Part shown: positions 23,554-35,540 of the stretch, in pieces
Layout of the letters: each line of letters begins with the position of its first letter
Numbering within the stretch: position 1 is the first letter of the stretch
Made by a program: the position numbers and the translations under genes
Assembly (NCBI GenBank): GCA_030390025.1
Contig: CM059452.1
Location: 8,060,001-8,124,000 of the forward strand
Origin: Squalus acanthias
Lineage: Eukaryota
DNA length: 64,000 bases
Direction of reading: 5' to 3'
The notes under the pieces: generated by a model
The model's database searches: none
What the model was told of the DNA's origin: nothing
Seen by the model: the letters and a program-made list of their open reading frames with translations, nothing else

Positions 23554-26490
23554 ATGCAGTCAGAAACAAATGTTAGAAGGGTGAGAAACAATAGGGGAAG
23601 GCCGAGTAAACAAAGGCAAGAAACACAAAGGGCCATACTAAATCATAAGTCTAAAAGGACAAAGGATGTTAATAAAACAAGCCTAAAGGCTCTGTGTCTT
23701 AATGCAAGGAGTATCCGTAATAAGGTGGATGAATTGACTGTGCAAATAGATGTTAACGGATACGATGTGATTGGGATTACAGAGACGTGGCTCCAGAACA
23801 ATCAAGGCTGGGAACTGAACATCCAGGGGTATTCAACATTCAGAAAGGATAGAATAAAAGGAAAAGGGGGTGGGGTAGCATTGCTGGTTAAAGAGGAGAT
23901 TAATGCAATAGCTAGGAAGGACATCAGCTTGGAGGATGTGGAATCAATATGGGTTGAGCTGCAGAACACCAAAGGGCAGAAAACGTTAGTGGGAGTTGTG
24001 TACAGACCTCCAAACAGCAGTAGTGAGGTGGGGGAGGGTATGAAACAGGAAATCAGAGGTGCGTGCAAAAAAGACACGGCAGTTATCATGGGTGACTTTA
24101 ATATGCATATAGATTGGGCTACTCAAACTGGAAGCAATACGGTGGAGGAGGATTTCCTGGAGTGTTTAAGGGATGGTTTCCTAAACCAATATGTTGAGGA
24201 ACCAACTCGAGGGGAGGCCATCCTGGACTGGGTGTTGTGTAATGAGGAGGGACTAATCAGCAATCTTGTGGTACGAGGCCCCCTGGGGAAGAGTGACCAT
24301 AGTATGGTGGAGTTCTACATTAGGATGGAGAAGGAAACAGTTAAGTCAGAGACCATGGTCCAGAACTTAAATAAGGGCAACTTTGAGGGTATGAGGCGTG
24401 AATTGGCGAGGTTAAATTGGCAAGCGATATTTAAGGGGCTATCAGTGGAAGGGCAATGGCAGACATTTAGAGATCGCATGGATGAACTACAACAATTGTA
24501 CATCCCGGTCTGGTGTAAAAATAAAAAAGGGAAGGTGGCTCAACCATGGCTAACAAGGGAAATCAGGGATAGTATTAAAACCAAGGAAGTTGCATACAAA
24601 TTGGCCAGAAATAGCAGCAAACCCGGGGACTGGGAGAACTTCAAAACTCAGCAGAGGAGGACGAAGGGTTTGATTAGGGCAGGGAAAATAAAATATGAAA
24701 GGAAGCTTGCAGAGAACATTAAAATGGACTGCAAAAGCTTCTATAAATATGTAAAAAGAAAGAGGTTAGTAAAAACAAACGTAGGTCCCCTGCAGTCGGA
24801 AACAGGGGAAGTCGTAATGGGGAACAAGGAAATGGCAGATCAATTGAACAAGTACTTTGGTTCGGTGTTTACTGTGGAGGACACACACAACCTGCCGGAA
24901 ATAAAAGGGGTCAGAGGATCTGGTAAGAGGGAGGAGCTGAGGGAAATCCTTATTAGTCGGGAAAAGGTATTGGGGAAATTGATGGGACTGAAGGCTGAAA
25001 AATCCCCGGGGCCTGATGGTCTGCATCCCAGAGTACTTAAGGAGGTGGCCTTGGAAATAGTGGATGCATTGACGATCATTTTCCAACATTCCTTAGACTC
25101 TGGATCAGTTCCGATGGAGTGGAGGGTGGCCAATGTAACCCCTCTTTTTAAAAAAGGAGGGAGGGAGAAAGCAGGGAATTATAGACCGGTCAGCCTGACA
25201 TCGGTCGTGGGTAAAATGATGGAAGCAATTATTAAAGATGTCATAACAGACCATTTGGAAAGTGGCGACATGATAGGTCCAAGTCAGCATGGATTTGTGA
25301 AAGGGAAATCATGCTTGACAAATCTTCTGGAATTTTTTGAGGATGTTTCCAATAGGGTGGACAGGGGGGAACCAGTAGATGTGGTGTATTTGGACTTTCA
25401 GAAGGCCTTCGACAAGGTCCCACACAAGAGATTGGTGAGCAAAGTTAAAGCACATGGGATTGGGGGTAATGTGTTGACGTGGATTGAGAACTGGTTGGCA
25501 CACAGGAAACAAAGAGTAGGAGTAAATGGGTACTTTTCAGAATGGCAGGCAGTGACCAGTGGGGTACCGCAGGGTTCGGTGCTGGGACCCCAGCTGTTTA
25601 CATTATATATTAATGATTTGGACGAAGGGATTAAATGTAATATCTCCAAATTTGCGGATGACACTAAATTAGGAGGCAGTGTGAACAATGAGGAGGATGC
25701 TAGGAGGCTACAGAGTGACTTGGACAGGTTGGGTGAATGGGCAAATGTATGGCAGATGAAGTACAATGTGGATAAATGTGAGGTTATCCACTTTGGTGGT
25801 AAAAATAGAGAGGCGGACTATTACCTGAATGGTGGCAGATTAGGGAAAGGGGACGTGCAACGAGACCTGGGCGTCATGGTACATCAGTCACTGAAGGTGG
25901 GAATGCAAGTGCAGCAGGCAGTCAAGAAAGCAAACGGAATGATGGCCTTCATAGCAAGGGGATTTGAGTACAGGAGTAGGGAGGTGATGCTACAGTTGTA
26001 CAGGGCCTTGGTGAGGCCACACCTGGAGTATTGTGCGCAGTTTTGGTCTCCTAACTTAAGGAAGGACATTCTTGCTATTGAGGGAGTGCAGCGAAGGTTC
26101 ACTAGATTGATTCCTGGGATGGCCGGACTGGCATATCAAGAAAGATTGGGTCAACTGAACTTGTATCCTCTGGAGTTCAGAAGAATGAGGGGGGATCTTA
26201 TAGAGACATTTAAAATCCTGACTGGTTTAGACAAATTAGATGCGGGCAGAATGTTCCCAATGGTAGGGAAAACTAGAACCAGGGGTCACAGTCTAAGGAT
26301 TAAGGGGAAGCCATTTAGGACTGAGCTGAGGAGGAACTTCTTCACCCAGAGAGTGGTGAATCTATGGAATTCTCTTCCACAGAAGGTTGTTGAGGCCAGT
26401 TCGCTAAATATATTCAAAAGGGAGTTAGATATAACACTCACAACTAAGGGGATCAAGGGGTATGGCGAGAAAGCAGGAATGGGGTACTGA
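23554..26490 (+). CDS. CR1 ORF2 (APE endonuclease plus reverse transcriptase), 978 aa, uninterrupted
   Basis: NARSI, ITETW, GDFN and SDH (APE); YLDFQKAFD, QGSVLGP and FADD (RT). Confidence 0.93.
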   Translation: MQSETNVRRVRNNRGRPSKQRQETQRAILNHKSKRTKDVNKTSLKALCLNARSIRNKVDELTVQIDVNGYDVIGITETWLQNNQGWELNIQGYSTFRKDRIKGKGGGVALLVKEEINAIARKDISLEDVESIWVELQNTKGQKTLVGVVYRPPNSSSEVGEGMKQEIRGACKKDTAVIMGDFNMHIDWATQTGSNTVEEDFLECLRDGFLNQYVEEPTRGEAILDWVLCNEEGLISNLVVRGPLGKSDHSMVEFYIRMEKETVKSETMVQNLNKGNFEGMRRELARLNWQAIFKGLSVEGQWQTFRDRMDELQQLYIPVWCKNKKGKVAQPWLTREIRDSIKTKEVAYKLARNSSKPGDWENFKTQQRRTKGLIRAGKIKYERKLAENIKMDCKSFYKYVKRKRLVKTNVGPLQSETGEVVMGNKEMADQLNKYFGSVFTVEDTHNLPEIKGVRGSGKREELREILISREKVLGKLMGLKAEKSPGPDGLHPRVLKEVALEIVDALTIIFQHSLDSGSVPMEWRVANVTPLFKKGGREKAGNYRPVSLTSVVGKMMEAIIKDVITDHLESGDMIGPSQHGFVKGKSCLTNLLEFFEDVSNRVDRGEPVDVVYLDFQKAFDKVPHKRLVSKVKAHGIGGNVLTWIENWLAHRKQRVGVNGYFSEWQAVTSGVPQGSVLGPQLFTLYINDLDEGIKCNISKFADDTKLGGSVNNEEDARRLQSDLDRLGEWANVWQMKYNVDKCEVIHFGGKNREADYYLNGGRLGKGDVQRDLGVMVHQSLKVGMQVQQAVKKANGMMAFIARGFEYRSREVMLQLYRALVRPHLEYCAQFWSPNLRKDILAIEGVQRRFTRLIPGMAGLAYQERLGQLNLYPLEFRRMRGDLIETFKILTGLDKLDAGRMFPMVGKTRTRGHSLRIKGKPFRTELRRNFFTQRVVNLWNSLPQKVVEASSLNIFKRELDITLTTKGIKGYGEKAGMGY

Positions 26491-26578
26491 GGTAGCGTGT
26501 TCAGCCATGAACGCATTGAATGGCGGTGCAGGCTCGAAGGACCGAATGGTCTACTCCTGTACCTATTTTCTATGTTTC

Positions 26579-27430
26579 TATTACACTAGACCATTTCTCT
26601 GTTTATATTAGACTAGACCCTGTCTCTGTTTATATTACACCAGACCCTGTCTCTGTTTATATTACACTAGACCCTGTCTCTGTTTATATTACACCAGACC
26701 CTGTCTCTGTTTAAATTACACCAGACCCTGTCTCTGTTTATATTATACTGGACCCATTCTCTGTTTATATTTCACTAGACCCTGTCTCTCTTTATATTAC
26801 ACTAGACCCAGTCTCTGTTTATATTGCACCAGACCATGTCTCTGTTTATATTACACCAGACCCTGTCTCTGTTTATATCACACTAGGTCCTGTCTCTTTT
26901 TAAATTACACGAGGCCCTGTCTCTGTTTATATTACACTAGACCCTTTCTCTGTTTATATTAGACTAGACCCTGTCTCTGTTTATATTACACTAGACCCAG
27001 TCTCTGTTTATATTGCACCAGACCATGTCTCTGTTTATATTACACTCGACCCTGTCTCTGTTTATATTAGACTATACACTATCCTCGTTTATATTACACC
27101 AGACTATGCCTCAGTTTATATTACACTAAGCCCTGTCTCTTTTTATATTACCCTAGACACTGTCTCAGTTATTACTGCACTAGACCATGTCCCTGTTTAT
27201 ATTACACGAGACCCTGGGTCTGTTTATATTACACTGGGCCCTGTCTCTGTTTATATTATACCAGACCATGCCTCAGTTTATATTACACTGAGCCTTGTCT
27301 CTGCTTGTATTACTCTAGACACTGTCTCAGTTATTACTGCACTAGACCATATCTCTGTTTATATTAAACTAGGCCCTGTCTCAATTATTACTGCACTGGA
27401 TAATGTCTCTGCTTATATTACACCAGGCCA
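26579..27430. repeat. 27-bp minisatellite, right part (more degenerate distally)
   Basis: Same unit as 22090-22684. Confidence 0.93.
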
Positions 27431-28385
27431 TAACTCACTTAACCTCCCTGTCTCTCAGACGTTATTCGCCGTCTCATCGGATTATTTCGGAGCCTCCCGG
27501 CCCTGGGAACATATCCAGAAGTTTCTGATCAGACCCGAGTTTCTTCCGGCATTTTCTTCTGGTGCTGCGCTGCTTTTCATCTAAACTTCTGGAGTTCAGG
27601 CATGTGATGGAATAGCACATCTGGTTAAACGGGGGAAGTAATAACGACCCTTCTGAAGGGTGTGGAAGGAAGTTTGGGAGTGGGTGGAGATGGTGTTTAA
27701 ACTCTGTGTCTGCCTCAATCCGTCTCCCTCAACACCCCCACCACCTCACCACTCTAACCGGGGGCCGCGATCCGCTCTAATCACATACCCGTCTCTCTGT
27801 CCTGTTCCCTGTCTCCCGCTGACTCCGGGCTCGGTGAGTTTCTGGAAGTGATTAAGCCCATCATGTCTGCACTTTCCTCTCGCTCCTCACATCATTTAAT
27901 GTTCCTCTTTTGAGACTCCTATCCAATTTCTCTACTAAAATAATTCATGCACTTATTCCACATTTTCTCCGCCTTCTGTGTAAAGAATTGTTTTTCTCAC
28001 CATAGAAATGTATCTTTAGCCGATCTACTCGGTTAATGACTGGGCCATGGAGGGCTGCGGCTCCCACAATTCACAAAGGCAGAGAAAAGCCCCATCTGTC
28101 ACACTGAGAGAACTTTTCGCACATGCGCACGTCACCAAACGTTTTAACGACAACTTTATAAGTCTCTCGCGCGCCAAACTTTCACTTTTGTGGATTAAGA
28201 TGGGGCGGTTTATGCTGCAAACTGAAGTCACTTTTCCTTTTAATCGAGGTGTTTTATGTAAATAAACGGCAGACTTGCGCAACGAATTACGTCACACAAA
28301 CATGGTCAACTGTACGTCACACAGAGGTTGCCGCCGGTTTGCTCTGCAGTGGATGACGCCGGAATCTTTTCCGCACGTCACAGCA

Positions 28386-28641
28386 CCAGTACAGATCGGG
28401 GTCACTGTGGCTTGTTGTGTAGCTACAGTCTATTTTCACAACATCTCCTTCATTCACATAGAGCGTGGTCTGAGGTTGTGACACCGATTGTGCCTGAATC
28501 TCCCCTGAAATAAAAGTTAACTGAGGGTTGAATACAATACTAAGATTGAAAATCTATTAACATCACATTGGTGCACAGACACAATGCATGGTCATACTTA
28601 CCGAACAGCAGGCACAATATAACGAGGTGACGGTACGACAT
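28386..28641 (-). pseudogene. 5'-half V pseudogene V10 (L 28602-28641, V from 28504 to the conserved Trp)
   Basis: MSYRHLVILCLLF|gtaagt...ttcag|GEIQAQSVSQPQTTLYVNEGDVVKIDCSYTTSHSDPDLYW, then unrelated sequence. Confidence 0.8.
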
Positions 28642-28843
28642 GGGCTCAATTATATCTTCACAAATAACCCCTTGGAACAGCAGTTCTATTTCCTGTTGCA
28701 ATCTGTTATACTGAGTAAAGTAAGAAACTGTTCGACTGGAAGGTATAACAGAAGGTGTGGGAGTATCTCGTGCAAATCTATTCCTGGTAAAATGAACCGA
28801 ATGCTTTAACTGGGTATCCATTTTAACTCCGCCCCTACCGCAG

Positions 28844-29175
28844 CTCACCTTCCGCTGAAACCGTCATCCGTGCCTTTGTTACCACTAGACTCGACTATTC
28901 CAATGCTCGACTGGCCAGCCTCCCACCTGACACCACCCGTAAACTTGAGCTCATTCAAAACTCTCCTGCCCGTATCGTAACTCGCTCCAAGTCCCGTTCG
29001 CCCATCACGCCTGTGCTCGCTGACCTTCTTTGTCTCCCGGTAAGGCAACGCATCGATTTCAATATTCTCATCCGTGTATACAAATCCCACTCCATGGCCT
29101 CGCCCCTCCCTATTTCTGTAACTGCCTCCAGCCCCACAACCCTCCGAGATCTCTGTGCGCCTCCAATTCAGTTTT
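28844..29175 (+). mobile_element. L2-clade LINE 3' ORF2 fragment
   Basis: Degenerate AFVTTRLDYSNA...KLELIQNS...PITPVLADL...QRIDFNIL. Confidence 0.75.
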
Positions 29176-29218
29176 TGGAGATTAAAGAAAAGATGAAATG
29201 TGTTTGTTCCTCGATTAC

Positions 29219-29264
29219 CTGTCAGAAATGCCCCCAAAACAATCCAGATGCTGAGTAGCCGCAT
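29219..29264 (-). pseudogene. Orphan V1-family leader exon with promoter; V exon lost
   Basis: MRLLSIWIVLGAFLT G|gtaat. Upstream 29290-29810 is closely similar to 44990-45500 and partly to 10070-10280. Confidence 0.8.
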
Positions 29265-29884
29265 TGTCGTTGTCCGCTCTGTAAATCTGATATTTGAAGA
29301 AACCCCTTCTAATCCCCGCCCTCAATAATCTGCTGTCGTGTCTCAGGATGCTCTCACCTCACTTCCTGGTGTCCCCAGTGGTGCTGTGAGACCGGTAGGT
29401 GGTGAGCTGGCTGCCAGTGAATGGAAACACCCCGAGCTGGGCTACAGTCAGTGTCCTTATAGGGGAATGGTTCCGCTTTTAGAGACTGTGGGTGGGAATG
29501 AAACTCTTGTCTGGTTATTGTAACCGGAAGCTCAGCGATTGTTAATGGTGACAGAAAACATTCCAGCATTAAAGAGACATTCTGAAGGACAATGGACATT
29601 GGGGGAACTCTATGCTTGGAGCCTGTTTTAAAGAGTAAAATCACTACCTTGTGAAATCTGTTCATTGTGTATAAACTGTCTGTGACCCAGCAACATACTC
29701 TGATCAAATAAAGCCTGTGTACAGGCCGCGAACAAAGGGTCCGGGAAACTGACAGTGGAGATGTGTAAAGGGCTGCACAATATTGCATGCAGGCACGGAA
29801 AGGGGTCGAAAGAGTAAAGGGGAGTTAAGTTTTGTTATAAATGCGAGATGAAAGCACAAACTAATATAATTCCTGAATTGGATC

Positions 29885-31095
29885 TTTTTTATTATTCGTT
29901 CCGGGATGTGAGCTTCGCTGACAAGGCCAGCATTTATTGCCCATCCCTAGTTGCCCTTGAGAAGGTGGTGGTGAGCTGCCTTCTTGAACCGCTGCAGTCC
30001 GTGTGGTGAAGGTACTCCCACAGTGCTGTTAGGGAGGGAGTTCCAGGATTTTGACCCAGCGACGATGAAGAAACGGCAATATACTTCCGAATCAGGATGG
30101 TGTCTAACTTGCAGGGGAACTTGCAGGTGATGGTATTCCCATAGCTTGCTGCCCTTGTCCTTCTAGGTGGTAGAGGTCGCGGATTTAAGAAGTGCTGCCG
30201 AAGAAGCCTTGGTGAGTTGTTGCAGTGCATCTTGTAGATGGTAAACACTGCAGCTACGGTACGCCGGTGGTGGAGGGAGGGAATGTTTAAGGTGGTGGAT
30301 GGGGTGCCAATCAAGCGAGCTGCTTTTTCCTGGATGGTGTCGAGCTTCTTGAGTGTTGTTGGAGTTGCACTCATCCAGGCAAGTGGAGAGTATCCCATCA
30401 CACTCCTGACTTGTGCCTTGTAGGTGGTGGAAAAGCTTTGGGGAGACAGGAGAATACCTGCCCGCTGAATACCGAGCCGCTGACCCGCTCTTGTTGTATT
30501 TATGTTGCTGGTCCAGTTAAGTTTCTGGCCATTGGTGAACCCCCCAGATGTTCATGGTGGGGGATGCGGCGATGGCAATGCCGTTAAATGTCAAGCGGAG
30601 GGGGTTAGACTCTCGCTTGTTGGAGATAATCATTTCCCGGTACTTGTGTGGTGCGAATGTTACCTGTCACTTATCAACCCAAGCCTAAATGTCGTCCAGG
30701 TCTTGCCGCTTGCAGGCATGGACTGTTTCATTATCTGAGGAGTTGCAAATGGTACTGAACAGTGTGCAATCATCAGAGAACATCCCCACTTCTGACCTTA
30801 TGATGGAGAGAAGGTCATTGATGAAGCAGCTGAAGATGGTTGGGCCGAGGACACTGTCCTGAGGAACTCCTGCAGCGATGTCCTGGGGCTGAGATGATTG
30901 ACTTCCAACAGCCACAACCATCTTCCTTTGTTCGAGGTATGACTCCAGCCAGTGGAGAATTCCCCCCGATTCCCATTGACTCCAAAATTACTGGGGCTCC
31001 TTGATGCCACATTCGGTCAAACGCTGCCTTGATGTCACCTCACCTCTGGAATGCAGCTCTTTTGTCCATGTTTGGACCGAGGCTGTAATGAGGCT
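29885..31095 (-). mobile_element. Degenerate CR1/Jockey-group LINE 3' fragment (second family)
   Basis: DIKAAFDRMWHQG, AGVPQDSVLGP, MFSDD, YSPLAWMS; 3' end agggatgggcaataaatgctggcc...A-rich. Related pieces at 51584-52145 and about 17340-17412. Confidence 0.85.
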
Positions 31096-31224
31096 ACAAT
31101 CTTGTTGAGTGTTGTGTTTTGTCGACCTTTTAAGAAAGTCTCTCACTGTGGAGGGTGAATTGTCGCTTCTGTTTATCGGGGTGAGAGCGCCCTCTGGTGA
31201 GCACTAACTGTAACTCTCAGTGTG

Positions 31225-31717
31225 GGTTTTTGTACGGGATCCGCTATATCTCTGCAGCAGTGTGGGGCTCATGGCACAGAAATACACGGCGGTGTCTGAG
31301 ATCAAGGCATTGCTGATCGTTAGTTCGGTAATCTTGGTTGTTTGATTGAATGTAGAAGAGAATCTGTCAGTGAAGCCGGGGCCCAGGTTCACTATCCCTA
31401 CATAGTGATAAACCACGTACAGTGGAGGTTGCCCGGGGTGGTGACTGTACCAGGGTTAGCATAGCCTGTTTTCAAGGTGCAGGTTAGTGTGACATTACTT
31501 TCCTTTTCAACCGTCATTTCAGGGACAGGTTGTTCCACTGTGTCTTGGTGGCTCCATTCTAACATAAAATAATAGTAATAGTCATCATCATCAACAGCAT
31601 TTTACCACATTCACATTTGATTTACAGCAGTCAGGAGGAGAATGGAATTTCACTGGGAAGGAAATACTTACTGAGAAGTGATATAATGACGAGGAGCGTT
31701 GCGAGAGGTTTCCGCAT
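31225..31717 (-). pseudogene. TCR V pseudogene V11 (V2 family; L 31672-31717, V 31265-31558)
   Basis: Leader MRKPLATLLVIISLL; a deletion of about 10 nt before the Trp shifts the frame; YFCAMS; CACACTG-24-ACAAAAACC. Confidence 0.87.
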
Positions 31718-32398
31718 GATGCTCCCTGAGTCTGTAACTCTGCAGTCCGGGGAATCCTCTGTCGGCGCAGGAATACAGATCCGCACCCCACTGCACTGCT
31801 GATCCAACCAATGCCAAACAGGGAACAGCGGCAGCAATCCCTCCAATAACACAGGGCAGGCAAGGCGGGGCAGAGCGAGAGCAGCAAACGGAAGCTGTGG
31901 GCGGGGCTGCCGCGGGCGGTGTTGTCACACGGGATCCACCTGTGAGGAACTGAATTCAATAACAATGTCCCCTTCGGAAATTTTATAACTCTGTCTCTAT
32001 AAGAGTTGCGTTACTTTCACATTTATTACAAATTCGGGTCAAGCAGGCTCGCGACAGGAATTGCACAATTATTATGTTATTCAATAGTCACGGAAATCTT
32101 CATCAGTGAAGTGGGTTAAAACCAGGTGCACATCTCATTTACACTTAACTAACTTGTGAAATTTTTCAATTGTAAGGGATTGGATAACATTAATGAGCAG
32201 AAATATGAAATAAAAAGAATTTTCACGTTAATTTATTTTGAGGAATTGTCGGTCAGTATTGGTTGCTGGAAAGTGACCGGCGTTGGGAGTCGGTGCTCTG
32301 TCAGCGCCACCTGGTGGCCGGGTTTAAAGCAGCTTCTTTGAGCTGATCTCACAGAACCCGGTTACTGTACGAGGGGTCCCGAGGCCCTTCTCAGTGTG

Positions 32399-33198
32399 GG
32401 CCTCAGTGCACAGTAGTACACGGCGCTGTCAGCGAGCTGCAGCTGAGTCAAGGTGAAAACAGCGATAGTTTTCGACTTGTTCAGAATGACAGAGAAACGG
32501 CCGTTAACTTCGTCCTTTCCATGGGAATGTCTTCGAATTATGACAGTGGGAGCCTTGTTCTGGTTCTGACGATAAAGCTCCAAGTAGTAGTTCGCTTCGG
32601 AGGTTGAATAATTGCAATTAATACTCATCGAGGTTCCTTCCGGATATTGTGCTTCTGTTGGCGATTGATCGACGGAGTCTCCAGAACTCAGTCCTGCAGA
32701 AAACATTCCCAGTTACCCATGGATACAGAGAGAAGAACAAATCACCCGTTTCTCTTTCTTTAACAATACACCTGACTATCTCTCTGTGTGTACACAGGGT
32801 GACAAAGAGAAAGAAAGAGAAAGCATCAGCTAAATGGCTGGATATAGATAGACAGGCAGGTGGATTACCAGACAGATAGACAGAGAGTAAGACAGACAGA
32901 GAGGCAGCGAGACAGACAGACAGCAGGGAGGCAAAGAGAAATTCAGTCCGACAGACAGACAAAGGATAGAGAGCGAGAGAGAGAGACAGTGAGAGATACA
33001 CAGATAAACAGACAGACAAGTAGAGAGACAGGTGGATAGACAATTAGACAGATAGGTGGGCAGACATGGAGATCGATGAACAGGGGACACTTGTGTCAAT
33101 AGTGGAATGGACAGACAGACACAGATGAATAAATAAATAAACCAACCGAATAACAGCGTTGTTAGGCCCCAAATAACGAAAACCCCAAACTCCACCAT
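32399..33198 (-). CDS. TCR alpha/delta V segment V12, open (L 33147-33198, V 32399-32693), Leu in place of the conserved Trp
   Basis: MVEFGVFVIWGLTTLLF/GLSSGDSVDQSPTEAQYPEGTSMSINCNYST...LELYRQ...DSAVYYCALR; CACACTG(32392-32398)-23-ACAGTAACC. Confidence 0.85.
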
Positions 33199-34043
33199 GG
33201 CCGCAGTCTCCCCACACTGGGAGCCCGCACTTCACCCGGTGCCTCCTCTTAGTTGCAGCTTTCAGACTGAAGGGGAGAATATGAAGTGTTTCTGTCAGCA
33301 CACGGAGTCCCCGTCATTTCCTGAATCTAACCAAGAGCCTGGTTTCAATGAGCTGCCAATGATCATTGTCGCTGTCTGTGTTCATCATCACTGCCCGCGG
33401 CCCCGGCACACAGGCTCCGTGAGCTGCACTGCTTTGTCCCGGATATCTCATCATCCGATCCCGGGAATGGGTGAGGATTCTTTCTGACCATTACCGGCCT
33501 CACCCACAATACCTGGACACATCCCAGAACTAATCGGAAAGAGGGAAAAAATCTTCGTACTGACGTTCATTCTTCAAAGATATTCTTATTTAAGGGAGCT
33601 GAAAAGGTGGAATTCTCTGCCAGACACTGTTAGTGACGCAGACTCCATCAATTATTCTTTTATAAAGAAGCATATCGGTACTTCGAGAATTATTGAAGAG
33701 TGCAGGGAGCGAGAACGGAAGTGAAGACTTGATGGGCTTAATCACCTTTCTTGTGTTTTAATATATTAAGATTCATTGAGAATGAATTCCTGAAGACTTT
33801 CTCGATTCTGTATTTTACCCGACACTTAAAAACGACCCAAAATAAGTCTCGCGGTGTCCTGACAGCCTAATCCACGTTACATTTATTGCACCGAAAGTTG
33901 AAATGTGCAGCAGAAAAAAGTCACACGAGGGCAGTGTGAACCAACACTGCTGTTTAACAGTTTTTCAGATTGTTTTTAAAAAGATACCGAATACTATGTC
34001 TAAAATATGGCTCACCGTTAACATAACGAGGGGCCGTTGTACT

Positions 34044-35030
34044 GCTGCCCGGTGTGAGCTCAGAGACAGTGTGAGCTGATGTCAGTGAGAAACATTGAGT
34101 GTGAGCGGCCCGGTGTGAGCTCAGAGACAGTGTGAGCTGGTGTCAGTGAGAAACACTGAGTGTGGGCTGCCCGATGTGAGCTGAGAGACAGTGTGAGCTG
34201 GTGTCAGTGAGAAACACTGAGTGTGAGCGGTCCGGTGTGAGCTCAGAGACAGTGTGAGCTGGTGTCAGTGAGAAACACTGAGTGTGAGCGGTCCGGTGTG
34301 AGCTCAGAGACAGTGTGAGCTGGTGTCAGTGAGAAACACTGAGTGTGGGCGGCCCGGTGTGAGCTCAGAGACAGTGTGAGCTGGTGTCAGTGAGAAACAC
34401 TGAGTGTGGGCGGCCCGGTGTGAGCTCAGAGACAGTGTGAGCTGGTGTCAGTGAGAAACACTGAGTGTGATCGGCCCGGTGTGAGCTCAGAGACAGTGTG
34501 AGCTGGTGTCAGTGAGAAACACTGAGTGTGGGCTGCCCGATGTGAGCTGAGAGACAGTGTGAGCTGGTGTCAGTGAGAAACACTGAGTGTGAGCGGTCCG
34601 GTGTGAGCTCAGATACAGTGTGAGCTGGTGTCAGTGAGAAACACTGAGTGTGAGCGGTCCGGTGTGAGCTCAGAGACAGTGTGAGCTGGTGTCAGTGAGA
34701 AAAACTGAGTGTGAGCGGCCCGGTGTGAGCTCAGAGACAGTGTGAGCTGGTGTCAGTGAGAAACACTGAGTGTGGGCTGCCCGATGTGAGCTGAGAGACA
34801 GTGTGAGCTGGTGTCAGTGAGAAACACTGAGTGTGAGCGGCCCGGTGTGAGCTCAGAGACAGTGTGAGCTGGTGTCAGTGAGAAACACTGAGTGTGGGCT
34901 GCCCGATGTGAGCTGAGAGACAGTGTGAGCTGGTGTCAGTGAGAAACACTGTGTGTGGGCGGCCCGGTGTGAGCTAAGAGACAGTGTGAGCTGGTGTCAG
35001 TGAGAAACACTGAGAGTGGGCGGCCCGGGG
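34044..35030. repeat. 61-bp minisatellite (about 16 copies)
   Basis: Unit gcccggtgtgagctcagagacagtgtgagctggtgtcagtgagaaacactgagtgtgagcg. Confidence 0.95.
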
Positions 35031-35206
35031 TGGGTAAACCCTGAGATATGGCTTGTTTCGTTAGACCGACGGGAAGAAACCTCTGCGGTGGACAAGAAGC
35101 TAGAAATTGTCTCTTTGTTAATTACGCTGAATATAATATCCGTGTGCTAGTTCTAACCCGAGCTCTGTGTACAATTCTTTCAGCCTCTTCTTCATCTGAT
35201 CCTATA

Positions 35207-35540
35207 ATGCTCCGGATTTACAGAGTTTCCCTGCTGATTTACACTCTGATCTGCACGGATGTGAGCGGTGAAGATGAGGTGGAGCAGCTCCCTCGGCGGG
35301 TGGTTGGTAGTGAGGAGGGAATCGTGTCCATCAACTGCTCAGCTACCGTTGTCTTTACCATCTTGCACTGGTACAGACAGCACCCGGGTCAGACCCTCCA
35401 GCGCCTGGTGATGGCCACAAGCGGGGCCAATCAACACGGGAGGATCACTGCTTCAGTCGGGGGAGGCAATAAACTCAGTGTCCTGACTGTGAGAGACGCG
35501 CGAGTGACAGACAGCGCCACCTATCTCTGCGCCGTGAGCC
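35207..35540 (+). CDS. Intronless leader-V segment V13 (TCR alpha/delta type, V5-related), intact
   Basis: MLRIYRVSLLIYTLICTDVSG-EDEVEQLPRRVVGSEEGIVSINCSAT...HWYRQHPG...DSATYLCAVS in one frame; CACAGTG(35541-35547)-23-ACAGAAACC. Confidence 0.85.

Larger units (their letters stand above)
22685..26578 (+). mobile_element. Near full-length CR1 LINE with 5'-truncated ORF1 and intact ORF2, inserted in the 27-bp array
   Basis: Two long ORFs and a CR1-type 3' tail (ctcctgtacctattttctatgtttc); the array resumes at about 26579. Confidence 0.95.

Noticed and set aside
31125-31150. CACTGTG as a possible 12-RSS of a D or J segment (also about 12357 and 13630)
   Set aside because: No acceptable nonamer at 12 or 23 nt, and no FGxG/WGxG J motif with a donor site.
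20085-35030. Tandem arrays (67, 27 and 61 bp) as possible CRISPR arrays
   Set aside because: No unique spacers, no cas genes, and a vertebrate context.
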